Shown here: positions 27,845 to 40,846 of the stretch, piece after piece
Position numbering within the stretch: the stretch's first letter is position 1
Layout: the number at the start of each line of letters is the position of its first letter
Source: the human T2T-CHM13v2.0 reference genome, Homo sapiens
Strand: one strand, 5' to 3'
Length of the DNA stretch: 64,000 bases
NCBI RefSeq assembly: GCF_009914755.1
Contig: NC_060933.1
Made by a program: the position numbers and the translations under genes
Notes under the pieces: model-generated
Told to the model about the DNA's origin: nothing
Databases searched by the model: none
What the model saw: only the letters and a program-made list of their open reading frames with translations

Positions 27845-28073
27845 GCTGAGCGAGGCGCAGGTGGGGGCCCTGGGCTTTAGGCTGTGCGAGGGGCAGGCGG
27901 GGCCCTGGGTTTTAGGCTGATCGAGGGGCAGGCGGGGCCCTGGGTTTTAGGCTGAGCTAGGGGCAGGCGGGGCCCTGGGTTTTAGGCTGAGCGAGGGGCA
28001 GGTGGGGCCCTGGGCTTTAGGCTGAGCGAGGCGCAGGCGGGGCCCTGGGTTTTACGCTGCATGAGGGGCAGGC
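27845..28073 (+). repeat. 35-bp G-rich minisatellite, about 6.5 copies (GCTGAGCGAGGGGCAGGCGGGGCCCTGGGTTTTAG)
   Basis: Units start at 27845, 27881, 27916, 27951, 27986, 28021, with a partial unit at 28056. Confidence 0.95.
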
Positions 28074-29037
28074 TCAGGGTCCCTCCTACCAGCACACAGT
28101 GCTCAGTCCAGAGACTCCGTGTGCCAGACAGGCTGCCTCACTCTGCACTGGGGGTCAGGAGCCAGCCGAGGAGAGGCTGAGGAGCCATCATGCCCCCCAT
28201 GACTCCTTCTGTGGGGTGACACCTGCAGGCAAGGCTGCATGTGCCCACAGCTCTCCCACAGCTTGGGGTGAACTCCATACTGCCTGCCAATCAGGCCTTG
28301 ACTTGGCTGTAAACAGTATCTACTCCACTGACTTGGGCCCCCCACTGCAGTTGGGCCAGGGTCCTGCCTCTGTGCCCCCAGGCCCTGCACTTGCTGCCCT
28401 AACGCCATCATCGTGCGTTGTCCCTGTGCCAGCTGGCCTGTCTGCTTCCTATTAGATGGAGGACAGGGAGCACACCTTGCTCATTGCTGGGGCCTCAGTG
28501 CCCGGCACATTGCAGGCACTCGTAAATTCTTCACTGGTTGAAGGGGAATTGGCAGAAACTGCTGAAGAGTGGGTGGAGGCAGCAGGAAGAGAGTTGGAGG
28601 CATTATTACTCAGTGACAGATGAGTACAACAGCAAGACACCATGGATTTATGGAGCCCTCGCTGTGTGCCAATCACAGGGCTAAATACAAAGAAATATGC
28701 AATCTCATCTTTGTCCTCCACGTGATTGTATTTTTCCCTGTGTGACAAGGGTAATACACATACAAACCACTAAATAACAGACTCCTAAATCCCACGCTGG
28801 TGTTAGGATGACAGCGGCCCTTGGAGTGACCCACAGTAGTACCAGTGGCACCGGCTCCTGTTCCTCAGTACCTGTGGTGTGCCAGCCGACTCACATGATG
28901 AACCTCGTTGATACGGACCTCAGTCATGAATTGTAGGAATCAGAGTCCGGTTTTGCAGGTGGGGAAACAGAGGCTCGGACAAGTGAAAGGTTGTGTCCGA
29001 GATCAAAAAAAGGATGTGTCCGAGATCAAACAGATAA

Positions 29038-29259
29038 GACAAACTTGTCCAGCCCACGGCCCGTGACCGCATGTGGACCAGGATGGCTTTGAATGCGGCC
29101 CAACACAAAGTCATAAATTTTCTTAAAACATTGTAAGTCTTTTTGTGATTTTTTTTTAGCTCATTAGCCATCGTTAGTGTTAGTGTATTTTATGTGTGGC
29201 CCAAGACAATTCTTCTTCCAGTGTGACCCAGGAAAACCAAAAGGTTGGACCCCCCCTGA
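29038..29259. mobile_element. MER30 hAT-Charlie MITE
   Basis: ggatggctttgaatgcggcccaacacaaa...tgtgtggcccaagacaattcttcttccagtgtg...aaaggttggacccccctg. Confidence 0.85.
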
Positions 29260-30662
29260 GCTAAGGGATAGCAGAGCTGAACTAGGCTTCAGACTCCATA
29301 TCCAGTGCTCTTCCAGCTTCACTTCATGCCTCAGGTACACACTCAGGAAACGGGCCTCTGCTTCCAGGCAAGACAAAGGGAGTAGGAGTTAATGATCTTC
29401 ACCTGCACGGAGGGGCTGGTCTTGTGCTGGGAACACTCTTCATGCAAACTCAGTCTTCACACCAACACACTTGAGTCATCCGCATTTTTCCCAGGAGGAA
29501 ATTGAGGCCCAGCCAGTAAATGACAGAGTTAAGACTCTTATCCCAGGTCTGCCTCTCCCATCCCCAGATGCTGGGCACCAGAATTCCCTGGGGACCTTGG
29601 AATAGGCAGGTCTCCACCCCAGCCACTCTAGATCGCTAAGCCTGGAGTGGGCCGGGGCCTCTGCATTTGTCCACGCTCCCTGGCTATTCTGTTAGGAAGA
29701 GCAAGGCCTGGGCCCAGGTGGCATCAGGCCTTCATGAGGGCTGATTTAGGTGGGGAGCAGGCAGGGTTTCTGCCCCTGGGGTCCCTGCCAGGCTGGATCT
29801 GAGGGGCTCTTCTTGGCTTCCTACCATGGGCCTTTGCTCTGACCTCTACATGGGCAGGCTCATCTTTTAACCTCTCTGCAGTGCTCACTAGGAGCTTGGC
29901 CATTTCAGTCTCCCTGCTCCTGGGAGAAGGGCCTGGCAAGGGGCGGGGGGGGGCCAGGCATTTACACCATGTCGGTCTCTGTGTGTCTGAGGGAACAAGA
30001 CAACCCTCAGCAGGTGTGGGGGGCGGTCCTCTCCTTGCTGAGCCTGTCTAGAGTAGGGCTGGGCACTTCCTACAGGGAGTATATGGCCACCCCTACGAGG
30101 TAGGTGCATGTGGTCCCATTCTGCAGATCAGCAGACTGAGGCTTCATGCATCTAAGGAAATTACCAAGGTCATGCTGCTGGTAAGTGACAGAACAGGGAC
30201 AGGGACCCAGGTGTGTCTGATTCAGTCTGTCTGTCTTAATCTCTGTCCCATTCCGGCAAGGAAAAGGGGTTGCTAGAAATTATTGTAATGCATTGAAGTA
30301 ATGATTTCCTTATGTGGATGCAATTTATTCCTTTCAGAGCACTTTTAACATTCATTTCCTTTTTCCCCTCAAGGTGTAGGGCTGAGAATTAGCTGAAGAA
30401 GTTACCTTCTCCATCTTACAGATTTGGAAACTGAGGCCCAGAGATGGGGGGGTGCCTTGCCCAAGGTCACCCAGAGAGTGGAGGGCAAACCTGGATCTAG
30501 ACCCAGGCCTCGTGACTTCTAGCTCGGTGCTGCCTCCTTGCCAGGGACCATCTCTGCCCCTGGGACAGAGAGTTAGCCACACTTGTAGGCATCGCCTGTG
30601 GGTCCTGGGACCTTGTGGTCACAGAGGTTGGGTGACCAGTCCTTTCCTCTTCTGTTTTCCAG

Positions 30663-30740
30663 GGTCTTATGAATGCGGAATCTGTGGCAAGAAGTACAAG
30701 TATTACAACTGCTTCCAGACCCACGTGCGGGCGCACCGAG
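30663..30740 (+). CDS. ZNF618: ZNF618 exon, 78 nt, C2H2 finger 1 (GSYECGICGKKYKYYNCFQTHVRAHR)
   Basis: ctgttttccag|G ... CGAG|gtgaga; C-x2-C-x12-H-x3-H. Confidence 0.96.
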
Positions 30741-31292
30741 GTGAGAGGAGTGTCCCTGGGGCAGAGCCCAGGGGCCGCACCTCCCACTGTCTGCCTGTTT
30801 CCCACTTGGGCCCCTCGTGGGTGACCCCAGAGGCCCTGACAGCTCCAGCCTTTCCCATTCTCCTCCTACTTTCATCAGTAGGACAGGGTGCCAGGCAGGA
30901 GAAGGGAGGCCTCCTGATGCGGGACAGCTCAGGTGTGGGAGGGGGACTCTGCAGGACACACCAGACCTGCGCCCAAGGGCACCCCCTGCTCCCCACTGGC
31001 CTCACGCCTCCCAGGACATCTCATCACTGCTCAGTGTCAGTGGCCCCCACAGGGCACTTGCTGGGGTCAGTGTGTGTGTTCCTCATGACAAGCTTGGGAG
31101 TTGCAGACAGGAGGGATGGCGTCTGTTCCTCCCGGAGCCTGGCAGACAGGGAGGAGAGGCTGGCATCAGGGGCCCGGTGCGGGACTGTGAGCTCTTCCCC
31201 TGTGGCTTCCATGTTCTCTTTTGCACTTGGCACTGGCCCTGTCATTGGCCCGGTAGCCCCACCCCCATCCCTCTCTCTCTCTCTCTTTGCAG

Positions 31293-31331
31293 ACACCGAA
31301 GCCACCTCAGGGGAGGGAGCCTCCCAAAGCA
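31293..31331 (+). CDS. ZNF618: ZNF618 39-nt linker microexon (DTEATSGEGASQS)
   Basis: (ct)8ttgcag|A ... AGCA|gtgagt; phase 1-1. Confidence 0.92.
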
Positions 31332-32019
31332 GTGAGTACTTTTTCCTCCTCGTGGGCTGCTGAGGGGCGAGGGCTTGGGGTGGGATGAAGAGGAGCTGCT
31401 TGTCCCCTCCCCCAGAACTGCTCCAGGTGGCCTCTGAGAGACACAGTGCTTGGGTCCAAGCTTGGGGGCCAGACCATCCTTACAAAACCGCAATGCGGTA
31501 CCTCAGAGCAGCCCTTCCCAAAGCGTGCTCCATGGCAGGCTCATTCTGGGAAGGTTAGTGGGTGTTCTGTCCATGACGACTTCTCTGGCCAAGTAACTTT
31601 GGGAGACCTTGAGCTTCACTAAGGGGAGCAGGTTTCTTGTGGACATTTCCAGCCCTTCATTGACAGACACAGCTGTGCATCTCCCATGGGTGCCCTGGAT
31701 ATGCGGGTCCTTGTGTTCTTTTGACTCTGACTCATGACTCTGGGGCTCCGTAGTTGACTTTTGGGAAATGCTGCTTTGGAGAGTTTTCTCCTGAGCCCCC
31801 ACAGCCAGGGGCACTAATTGCTTATTGGTGATTTGCCCTGAGGTGCCATATCCCAGCACCTGGGGCGGCACAGGGCCTTGACATCTGCGACACCACTGCT
31901 GCTCACAGGCCCTGCTTGCCATCCCTCCAGTTCTAGGCCCCAAGCGCCTGGTAAGTGAGCAGCCAAGCTGGTGTAGACTAGGATGGAATCTCCCCACCCA
32001 ATAATCTGAAGCTTCAGAA

Positions 32020-32720
32020 GTCACAGTTCCACGTGTAGGTATGTCGCCAACAGAAACGGGTGCATATCTGCTGCAAGATGCAAACTAGAATGTCCTTAGC
32101 ACACCATTCCTAACAAACTAGAAGCCCCCAAATGCCCAGAGCTCATTGAATGGAGAAGTAAGTCTAGTGACACAAAAGACTACTGTAAAGTAGTGAGAAC
32201 GAACAATTTATAGCTACACACAGCAACATGGATGACTCACAAACAATGGTGAGCAAAAGAGGCCAGGCTTAAACAGAGTTCAGCCTCTAAGATTCTGCAT
32301 AGAGAAAGGGCAAAAGCAGCTAAAACTAATTATTGCCGGTAGAAGTCAGAAGAGCGGTTCCCCTGGGGAAGGGGCTTCAGGGTTCTGTTTCTTGAGCTGG
32401 GTGCTGGTTACCTGGGTGGTTTCAGTTTGTGGAAGTTGAACAAGCTGTGCACTTAGGATTTGTACACTGTTCTACACCAGGGGTTAGCAACATTTTTCTG
32501 TAGAGGGCCAGATGGTAAGTATTTTAGACTTTATAGCCCAGACGTCTCCGTCGCAAGTATTCAGCCCTGCCCTTGTAGTGGGAACATGCCAGGAACAGAG
32601 ATAATATGTAAATGAATTCCTTACCAAAACAGATGGTGGGCAGGATTTGGCCCACAGACTGTTGCGTGCCAATCCCCGTTCTATGGGTTTGTTACACCAC
32701 ACCATCACAAAAAAAGATTC
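32020..32720 (+). mobile_element. Old L1 (L1M) 3' end, interrupted by MER58
   Basis: caacatggatgactcacaaacaatggtgagcaaaagaggccag...aagctgtgcacttaggatttgtacac. Confidence 0.7.
32478..32678. mobile_element. MER58A hAT-Charlie MITE
   Basis: caggggttagcaacatttttctgtagagggccagatggtaagtattttagac...ggatttggcccacag...tgccaatccccg. Confidence 0.85.
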
Positions 32721-35235
32721 TTAACATAATAAATAAACATTACCACCCCCTGCCCAACAAAACCCCAAACCAGAGCAGTTTGAAGAGATGGCGATGGCTG
32801 AAAAAGGATTGTAACTGGCCTGGGTCCCAGTAGCATTTCTTCTAAGACACTTTCTCATCCACTCCGTTTGGATTCTTATGCCAAAGGAGAGGCCGGCATG
32901 TTCCAGAGAGAAATCTGAGGCCCAGGTCAGCTAGACACCTGCCACAGGACCCCAGCTGGGAGGAGGTGGGAGCTGGGCCCTCCCCCTCCAGCCCCGCCTT
33001 TCCTGCCCCAGCCCCAGCCTCAGCCTGGTCCTTGGCTCCCATCTCCTTCAATAGTTCCATTCTTTTCCGGCTCCCATGGACTGACTGCGGTCAGCCACAC
33101 ATTTAAAGAACTTCCCTATTTATCTTTCCTTCCTCAGCTATTCTGGGCCCCTGGCCTCTCCAGCAGCCCCTCAATGATCTGTTGTGTTCCGTCTGGCTTC
33201 CGTTGTCCGCGGGCTTGCTGGTTGCTGACGGCTCTGTAGCGGGGGTATTTTTAGTCCTTCCGTCACTTTTCCCTTCCTCCCTGTGGAGTTTCCTCCCTGC
33301 GGCCATTGCGCGCTATTTTATTCTCAGTCCTGCAGCCCTGCCCTGACCCAGACTGGCAGCACCTGCTTAGAACGCCTGGCCTCCACTTACAGAAGCCTGG
33401 CCATGGAGTCATGGAGCCAAAAGGGCCCAACTGAGAAGACTGAGTCCAGCCCACCCATTTTGCAGATGAGGACAGGGAGTCATACAGGTTGTGAGTAGTG
33501 GAGGCGGGCCTAGAAATGAAATGAGGTCTCACACATTCTATTAACAGTTCTAGGACTTTTCATTTATTTATTAGGAAAATAGTACAGTCATACATAGAAG
33601 CAGACAGACATATTCACTCATCCATCTGTCCACTAAGGAATAAAAGATTAGCCCCTCATGCTACTGTCACATTGATATTTGTGACAGTATTAGGTTACAT
33701 TTGGCAAGTATTTATTGGATGTCCCTTGTGTTCCTTTATTCTTTATTATAACTATAGGAAATGAAGAACCTCTCATTCCCATTTTACAGATGAGGAAACC
33801 GAGGTGCAGAGGTTAGGCAGCATGTCTGAGGTCTGCCGCACTTATACCTGGTAGAGTTGGGTTTGATTAGGCAGCATGAATCCAGAGCCTGCCTCCCTGA
33901 ACGGATTCACAGTGGCATCTAAGAGACACCGAGCTCTCGTGTCTGAAAATGCAGCGGTTCTGAAAACGTGCTTTCACTGACAAAAAAATGATTCTGCTCT
34001 CCTTTTTGGGGATAACCCTCTTGGCCTAATCATTTCCTGACTGAGGAAGACCTGGGAACGGGCTCCCCATCCATGTCAAAGAGATGTCACGGTGTCAGAG
34101 CAGGGTGGGGGTATTCTCAGCAGCAGAAACCTGGGGGCTCACGTTTTATTGGAGGTAATAGATGTGGCCCTGAAGTGAGGGGTCAGGCCCAGCTGGCCAG
34201 GGAGGCTGGGTAGAGACAAGCAAGTGGGCAGGTGGTGGCAGATGGCGGGTAGCAGTGGTCAGCTTAGGAGAGGAATGTCAAGGCAGAGCCCAGTCTGGAA
34301 CCAGACCCCAGGTGGCCTTGACTTCTCTGTCTCTGTTCCTGGGCAGGTGTCCTGCACAGAAGGCAGGGTTGCAAAAGAGACACTGGGGACCATGGTCTGG
34401 ACGGGACCTGATGGGGAAGTTGTCTAAGTTGATTGCTGGCTACATGAAAGGATTAAAGCCTGGGCCAGGCACAGAATCCTAGAACCACCATCCTGGGAGA
34501 GGCCCCAGGAATCAGCTCATCTACATCCCTTTCCCAGCTCCCCAAATTATGGGGGAAAACAAGGAAGCAGGACCAGCCTCTCCTGCCCCACACCCTGCCA
34601 CCTCTTTCTTGGATGATTCTGGTATCCAGCATCCTCAGAATGTCTCCAAGGAACCTGTGGCTCCTTGCTCAGGGACCAGTTTGTGTCTGGGGCTCTGGCA
34701 CCTGCTAAGGCATTTTCAGAGAATACGAAGAGGTGAAGCTGGTGGTGGGAGGGAGAGGTGGCTAATGCCATTTGTGTCCCTAAGTTCAGAAGGTGGGGCC
34801 AGAAACCTTCCCACGGAATTACCTGGCAGCGTAACCTTGTGGTAGAGGATTGCATCAGATCCTGTATTTGGGTTCTGAGGGACAGGAGGGGGACCAGGAG
34901 AGAGGTACCCCAACCCAGTACTGATTTGCAGCTTATTCAGACAGAGAAGGGCCACATGCCCTGACTCAGCCTTAGCTTGGAGTTAGTGAATGTTTGAATC
35001 CTAGCTCTCCCTTCCCCTCCCCACATCGGGCAGCCTTGAGCATATCACCAAGCCTCCCTGTGCCTGGGGTGATGGGATTGATAGGCCCTCCCTACATCAG
35101 CCCAAGGAACACACACATGAGGTTCGTGCCAGTGCAAACGTTAGAGTGTGCCATTGTGGAGGGGGTAATGTCCTGTGTCCAGCCTCAGCCTCAGATGTTG
35201 GGTAGACCCAGGGGATCATCCAAACTCCAACCTCA

Positions 35236-35820
35236 TGTTAGTTACCTATTGCTGTGTAACAGATGTCCCTAAAACTTAATGACTGGAAGCAACAAGCATT
35301 GATTATCCCTCAGTTTCTAGGGTCAAGAATTTGGATATGGCTTTGCTGGGTCCTTTGGCGCTGGGTCTTTCCCTGGCTGCAGGCATGGACTTGGCCAGGG
35401 CTGTGGTCTCATCTCAAGGCTCAACTGGGGAAAGAACTGCTTTTAAACTCACTCATGTGGTTGCTAGCAGGTTTAACAACCCTGCTAGGGTTCTGTCCTT
35501 CCCACACTCTTAGACTGAAGGCCTCACTGGCTGTTCACCAGAGGCCACCCTCAGCTCCTGGTCACCTGTGTCTCTCATGGGGCAGCTCACAACCCAGCAG
35601 CCAGCAGGTGTGACCTGGACAGAGAAGGTATGCTTGAGACAGAAGTCCCAGTCTTTTGTAAGCTACCCTCAGAAGTGATATTCTGTCACTTTTACTGCAT
35701 TCTGTTCATTAGAAGTCAGTTACCAGGTCTAGTCCAGACTCACAGGGAAGGGGTGATGTAGGGCATGAGCATCAAGAGGCAAGGAGCCCTGGGTGCTGTC
35801 CCCAAGGCTGCTCATCACCG
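35236..35820 (-). mobile_element. MLT1F-like MaLR LTR
   Basis: gttacctattgctgtgtaacaga...catctcaaggctcaactggggaaagaactgcttttaaactcactcatgtggttg. Confidence 0.75.
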
Positions 35821-36018
35821 GCCCTCCCGGCTGTGCCCTTGGGGCAAATCCCTTCTGATCCTCAGTTTCCTCATGTGTAAAATGAGAGACTGCTTCCTCC
35901 CTCTGCTAGCCAGACTGGGCTAGTTTCATCTTTGGTTTCTGAGATGATCTGGCCAGAAAAACCCCACCCCACAAGACTGAAGCCCTGGTAACCAGGTGTG
36001 TGTTTTCATCCCATGCAG

Positions 36019-36108
36019 ACAATTTCAGGTACACATGTGATATCTGCGGGAAGAAGTACAAATACTACAGCTGTTTCCAAGAGCACCGAGACCTGCACGC
36101 AGTGGATG
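36019..36108 (+). CDS. ZNF618: ZNF618 exon, 90 nt, C2H2 finger 2 (NNFRYTCDICGKKYKYYSCFQEHRDLHAVD)
   Basis: ttcatcccatgcag|A ... GATG|gtgagt; C2H2 pattern. Confidence 0.96.
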
Positions 36109-37012
36109 GTGAGTCAGGCCCCTCACTCCCTGGAGTCATGCCAAGAGGCGCCCTTCCTTGGAGACACCAGCCCCCAGCCCTCCCCGCCTCCCTCCTCCCT
36201 CTTACCCAGAAAAAGGCCAGGCAGTAGCTGGAACCATGAGGGGAATGACCAGCCCTGGAGGATTCTGGGGGCGGGAACGTCACCATCATACTCCACATAC
36301 ACTTCTATTTAGGTTAACCCAAGTGAAATTGCCATTTTTATAGGTCAAAATCAGTAGAATATTGGAATTTCGTATCGAGTCATTTTGTAGTTTCATATTG
36401 AGCATTTGCATGTTCTGATTAAATTAAACCGGTTTTAAAAAACGAATGATGGCCTTTTAGCATCTTAGATTATACAATTAGAAATTAGAATAATACATTT
36501 AGCCAACACATATTTGAGTCTCAAAAATCCTAGAAAGAGGGTCTTAGACCTTGGAAGGGCCTTAGGGGTTCCCCGTCTAGCCCCACACCTTCAGCCCATC
36601 TTGAGCTGTGACAACCAGGCCCACCACCTGTTACCACTGGCCCATCTCTTTTCTCACCTCGTCTTTCTCTCTCCTCCCAATCTCTTCCTCTTTTCTCCTG
36701 CCCTGGCCCCTTGAACCCATGATGGCAATCAGAAACAGATCCAGGCAAACTGTCTGCCTGCACCATGGATGGGTGCCCATCCTAGTGAGGACGAGGGATT
36801 GAGGCCCAGGCTGTGTCCTGGTTGGGATGTATCCTCGTGTTGTCCTGGTTTTGGGGGGCTTCCACAGTGGCCACGGCAGCCCTCCTGGGCCCCAAGGCAA
36901 ACCCATGGGGATAGGGGCTGGGAGCAGTGGCAGAGGCAGCTCTGGGCAGGGACTAACAGGGCTCCTGTTTGTTTCTTTCCTTCTGCGGCTGCCGCCTCCT
37001 GCCCGGGCGCAG

Positions 37013-37048
37013 TGTTTAGTGTGGAAGGGGCCCCTGAGAACCGGGCAG
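37013..37048 (+). CDS. ZNF618: ZNF618 36-nt linker microexon (VFSVEGAPENRA)
   Basis: gggcgcag|T ... GCAG|gtaagt (consensus donor); phase 1-1. Confidence 0.9.
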
Positions 37049-37145
37049 GTAAGTCCTTGGTGTCTGCTTGTCACCTCCCCTGTCCCCGGCTGGGCTCCTG
37101 AGACCTGGGGGACCAGGGTGCTAAGGGCCGTGTGTTCTCCCACAG

Positions 37146-37223
37146 ACCCCTTCGACCAAGGTGTTGTGGCCACAGACGAGGTGAAGGAGGAGCCCCCGGA
37201 GCCATTCCAGAAAATCGGGCCAA
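37146..37223 (+). CDS. ZNF618: ZNF618 exon, 78 nt (DPFDQGVVATDEVKEEPPEPFQKIGP)
   Basis: ttctcccacag|A ... CCAA|gtatgc; phase 1-1. Confidence 0.93.
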
Positions 37224-38677
37224 GTATGCGGGATTCCCTCTGGGGCCAAGGGCTGGGTGGGGGCTGGCCAAGGGAGGCAGGGCTCAGTCTCACTGCTAGG
37301 GCAGGGATAGCAGTGGGTGGCATCACTTAACTGCAGCAATGGTGCCCAACCTGTCAGTTGGGCCAGTCAGTGTTAGGACTGGAGCTTTCGAGGAGCAGCA
37401 GGGCAGCACAGGGTCAAGGTCAGGACAGTGAAGGCAGCCAGGCTGGGGCTGAGTCCTGGCGCTACTGCTTACAGGCTTGGTGTCCTCATGGTCTGTTAGC
37501 CATCCTGAACCTCAGCCTCCCCACCTGTGGAGTGAGGATGACATTTCCCCACAGGTTTGTTGGGGGATTAAATGAGATCCTGGATGTGAACCACTTGTTA
37601 GCACAGTGCCTGGTACATAGTAGGTGCTCGGAAAATAACACGTCGTAGTCACCTGAAGGGGCCTATCAGTGAATGAGCTGTCCAGGGCAGCCACAGGCAG
37701 ACTCTCTGTCTCTGTCCCAGGACACCCCTTGAGGGCAGGAGCCACACACGTCTGGCCTGTTTTTGATAAACTTGTATTGAGTGTTGTGGGCACACAGCTG
37801 AGAACAGGACACATGTGGTCCTGCCCTTGGGTAATTCAGATGGGGCTTGGGGGTGGGGACAGCAGATCATTGAACAGATAGTTCCAACATAGCTTGCAGG
37901 GAGCTGTGGGAGGCCTGAGGGAATGCTGGAAGCTTTCAGATGGGGACGAGGGTAGGGGATGAGCCCCAGCATCCCATGCCAAGGCTGGAGAGCCCTGCTG
38001 GTCCCGAAAATCGATGATGGCTTCAGGTCTTACAGAGCCTTGAATGCCAGCAGGCAGCATCCTCAGGAGAATGAGCCAGAGAGTTTTTACTAAGTGGAGA
38101 AGGGACTTGATCCAATTTGCATTTTAGGAAGCCCCATTTTGCTGCTGGGAGGAAGATAGATTGGGAGGGGCTGGGTGGCCAGCCTAGGGCAGGTGCCGTG
38201 GGACCACAAGTGAGTGAGACTTGTCCTTTCCAGCTGTTCAGGAATTGCCATACCTGCTATTTATCTCTCTGTTTTCTGTACCTCACTTACTACCCAGCAA
38301 GAAGAGACCTTTATGGTCTCTGCTTCCTTCCAATAAGGATCTAAGGCAGCTTGTAAAAATATACACAAAAACAGAACAAGCAGATGAGGATATCTGAGTG
38401 AAGGAAAATCAGAGGAGCTGAAACACTAAGTTGGATATGTTCCTCAGGGCAGAGCTCGATCCCAGCTCTTGGAAGGGGTTGGGTGGGTTCCCTCCCCCTC
38501 CCCCAAATGCTTTTTCTTCCTCATCCCTTGTCTGTGGTCATGGGATGATTCTTTGCTTTCTTCTTAACTCTTCTGAAAGCATTCAGGAAACTGAAGATGA
38601 GATAATGTCTATAAAGTGGTCAGCACAGTGCTGTCACATGCATAGTAAACACTCGATAAGCAGGAGCATAAAAATCA

Positions 38678-38986
<309 letters not shown>

Positions 38987-39091
38987 GATGAAGAATATGA
39001 TGAAACCCTCAGTGCTCAAATACGAGAAGTTAGACGGTACAGGGGAAACACAGATGTGAATCAGGCATATTTGCAGCATTCAAAGAATTCA

Positions 39092-39474
<383 letters not shown>

Positions 39475-40846
39475 CTAGGATCTGGCAGTGGTCCCAGTGT
39501 ACTGCTGCTCTTCCAACCGTGTCATTTTCCTTAGGAAGATGGGCTTTGAAATCAGACAGGCTTAGGTTTGAATGCTGTTGTCACCAGCTTACTAGCTCCC
39601 TACCCCTTGTGAGTATCCCATAAGTTGCGGACAAGCACATCTCTGAATTTTCCAGTGCTGTTGGAGCACACACACACAAAATGTCTCACCAAGCACCTGG
39701 CTCATATCCAAGGTGTAGGGAGACCTGTTACTGAGAAAGAGTCAAGGGCAAGAGTTTTAGAGCCAACCGAAATAGGACTCCCAGCTCGACACTTAATAGC
39801 TGCATGATGTCCTACCAGTTTTCTAATCTGTCTAATCCATAGTTTCTCTACTTCTAAATGGGCTGATGACAATAAAACTCACCTTTCAGGATTGTCATGG
39901 GGCTTAGATGAGATTATATTTGTAAAAGAATTAGCATAGTCCTTACACATGCATGCAAAGCATTAAATAAGTGGTACCTTTAATTACCCAGGAAGATGCA
40001 GAACAAGATGAAGTGTGTTCTCTGTATCTGTAACTAAGTCTGACAGACAGCCAACGCCAGGACCTGGGAGGAATTAATCAAATTATTAGGAGTGTAGAAT
40101 TGCATTGAGAATATCAGACTGGGTCTGGCTGCCAGAGTGCTCCCAGCTGGACTGAATGGAGCTGAGATTGCTGGTGTGGTGTGAGACCATCCCTTGCTGC
40201 CACTCAGGAGCTGCCTTGTGAGACAAAAACGTTGCTTCTTCGGCTCCTGCTACGTATAAGCAGGCCAATGCCACAGAACGCGAAAAACGATTAGCCAGTA
40301 GAGGCACACGTGTTCTGAAGGGACTGATTGCCCAAGTAAAGCTCTGTAGTCAGAGGAAGAAGAAACACCCTGGCAGGAGTGAGTGCTGGGAAGTACACCT
40401 TTCACATCAGCATCAGCTGAGCACATTAGAGAATTAGGTACTTAGGTTGGAAGAAGCCCAGGCAATGACAGAGCGGAGAATCCTGCTAGAAAAGAGAGAG
40501 TTGGTCCAAGAAGCCTTGTGGGTTAACTCGCTCTTCATCTGCATATCCAAGAATTACTTCCATGATAATGGGCAGAGGGAGAATCAAGGAAAACTCATTT
40601 GTGTGGTCTGTTGAAACAGAGTAAGTCTGGAGTCATGTATGGGTTACTTGATTTTTATGCCTGAATAAGAAAGAGTCACTTGAATAGTTAAAAAAAAAAA
40701 AAAGAGAGAACTATGTAAATTCCACATAACAAGAAAAAGAGAATTTAAGAGACTCAGAGAAGAGAACACCTCTGAAAATGATCTACCGCAAAATCTAGAA
40801 GACCATTCTGTTTGACAACCTCCATCTCATGTAAGAAAATATGACC

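Noticed and set aside
27845-28073. CRISPR-like array
   Set aside because: The units are head-to-tail with no unique spacers, and the context is eukaryotic; it is a minisatellite.
28994-29030. Short direct repeat tgtccgagatcaaa x2
   Set aside because: A 14-bp local slippage duplication at a MIR/MER30 junction; no sign of function.
36631-37326. Long antisense ORFs over exons (also 16886-17377, 57254-57814, 61014-61676)
   Set aside because: Expected shadows of GC-rich coding sequence; no domain similarity or promoter evidence.
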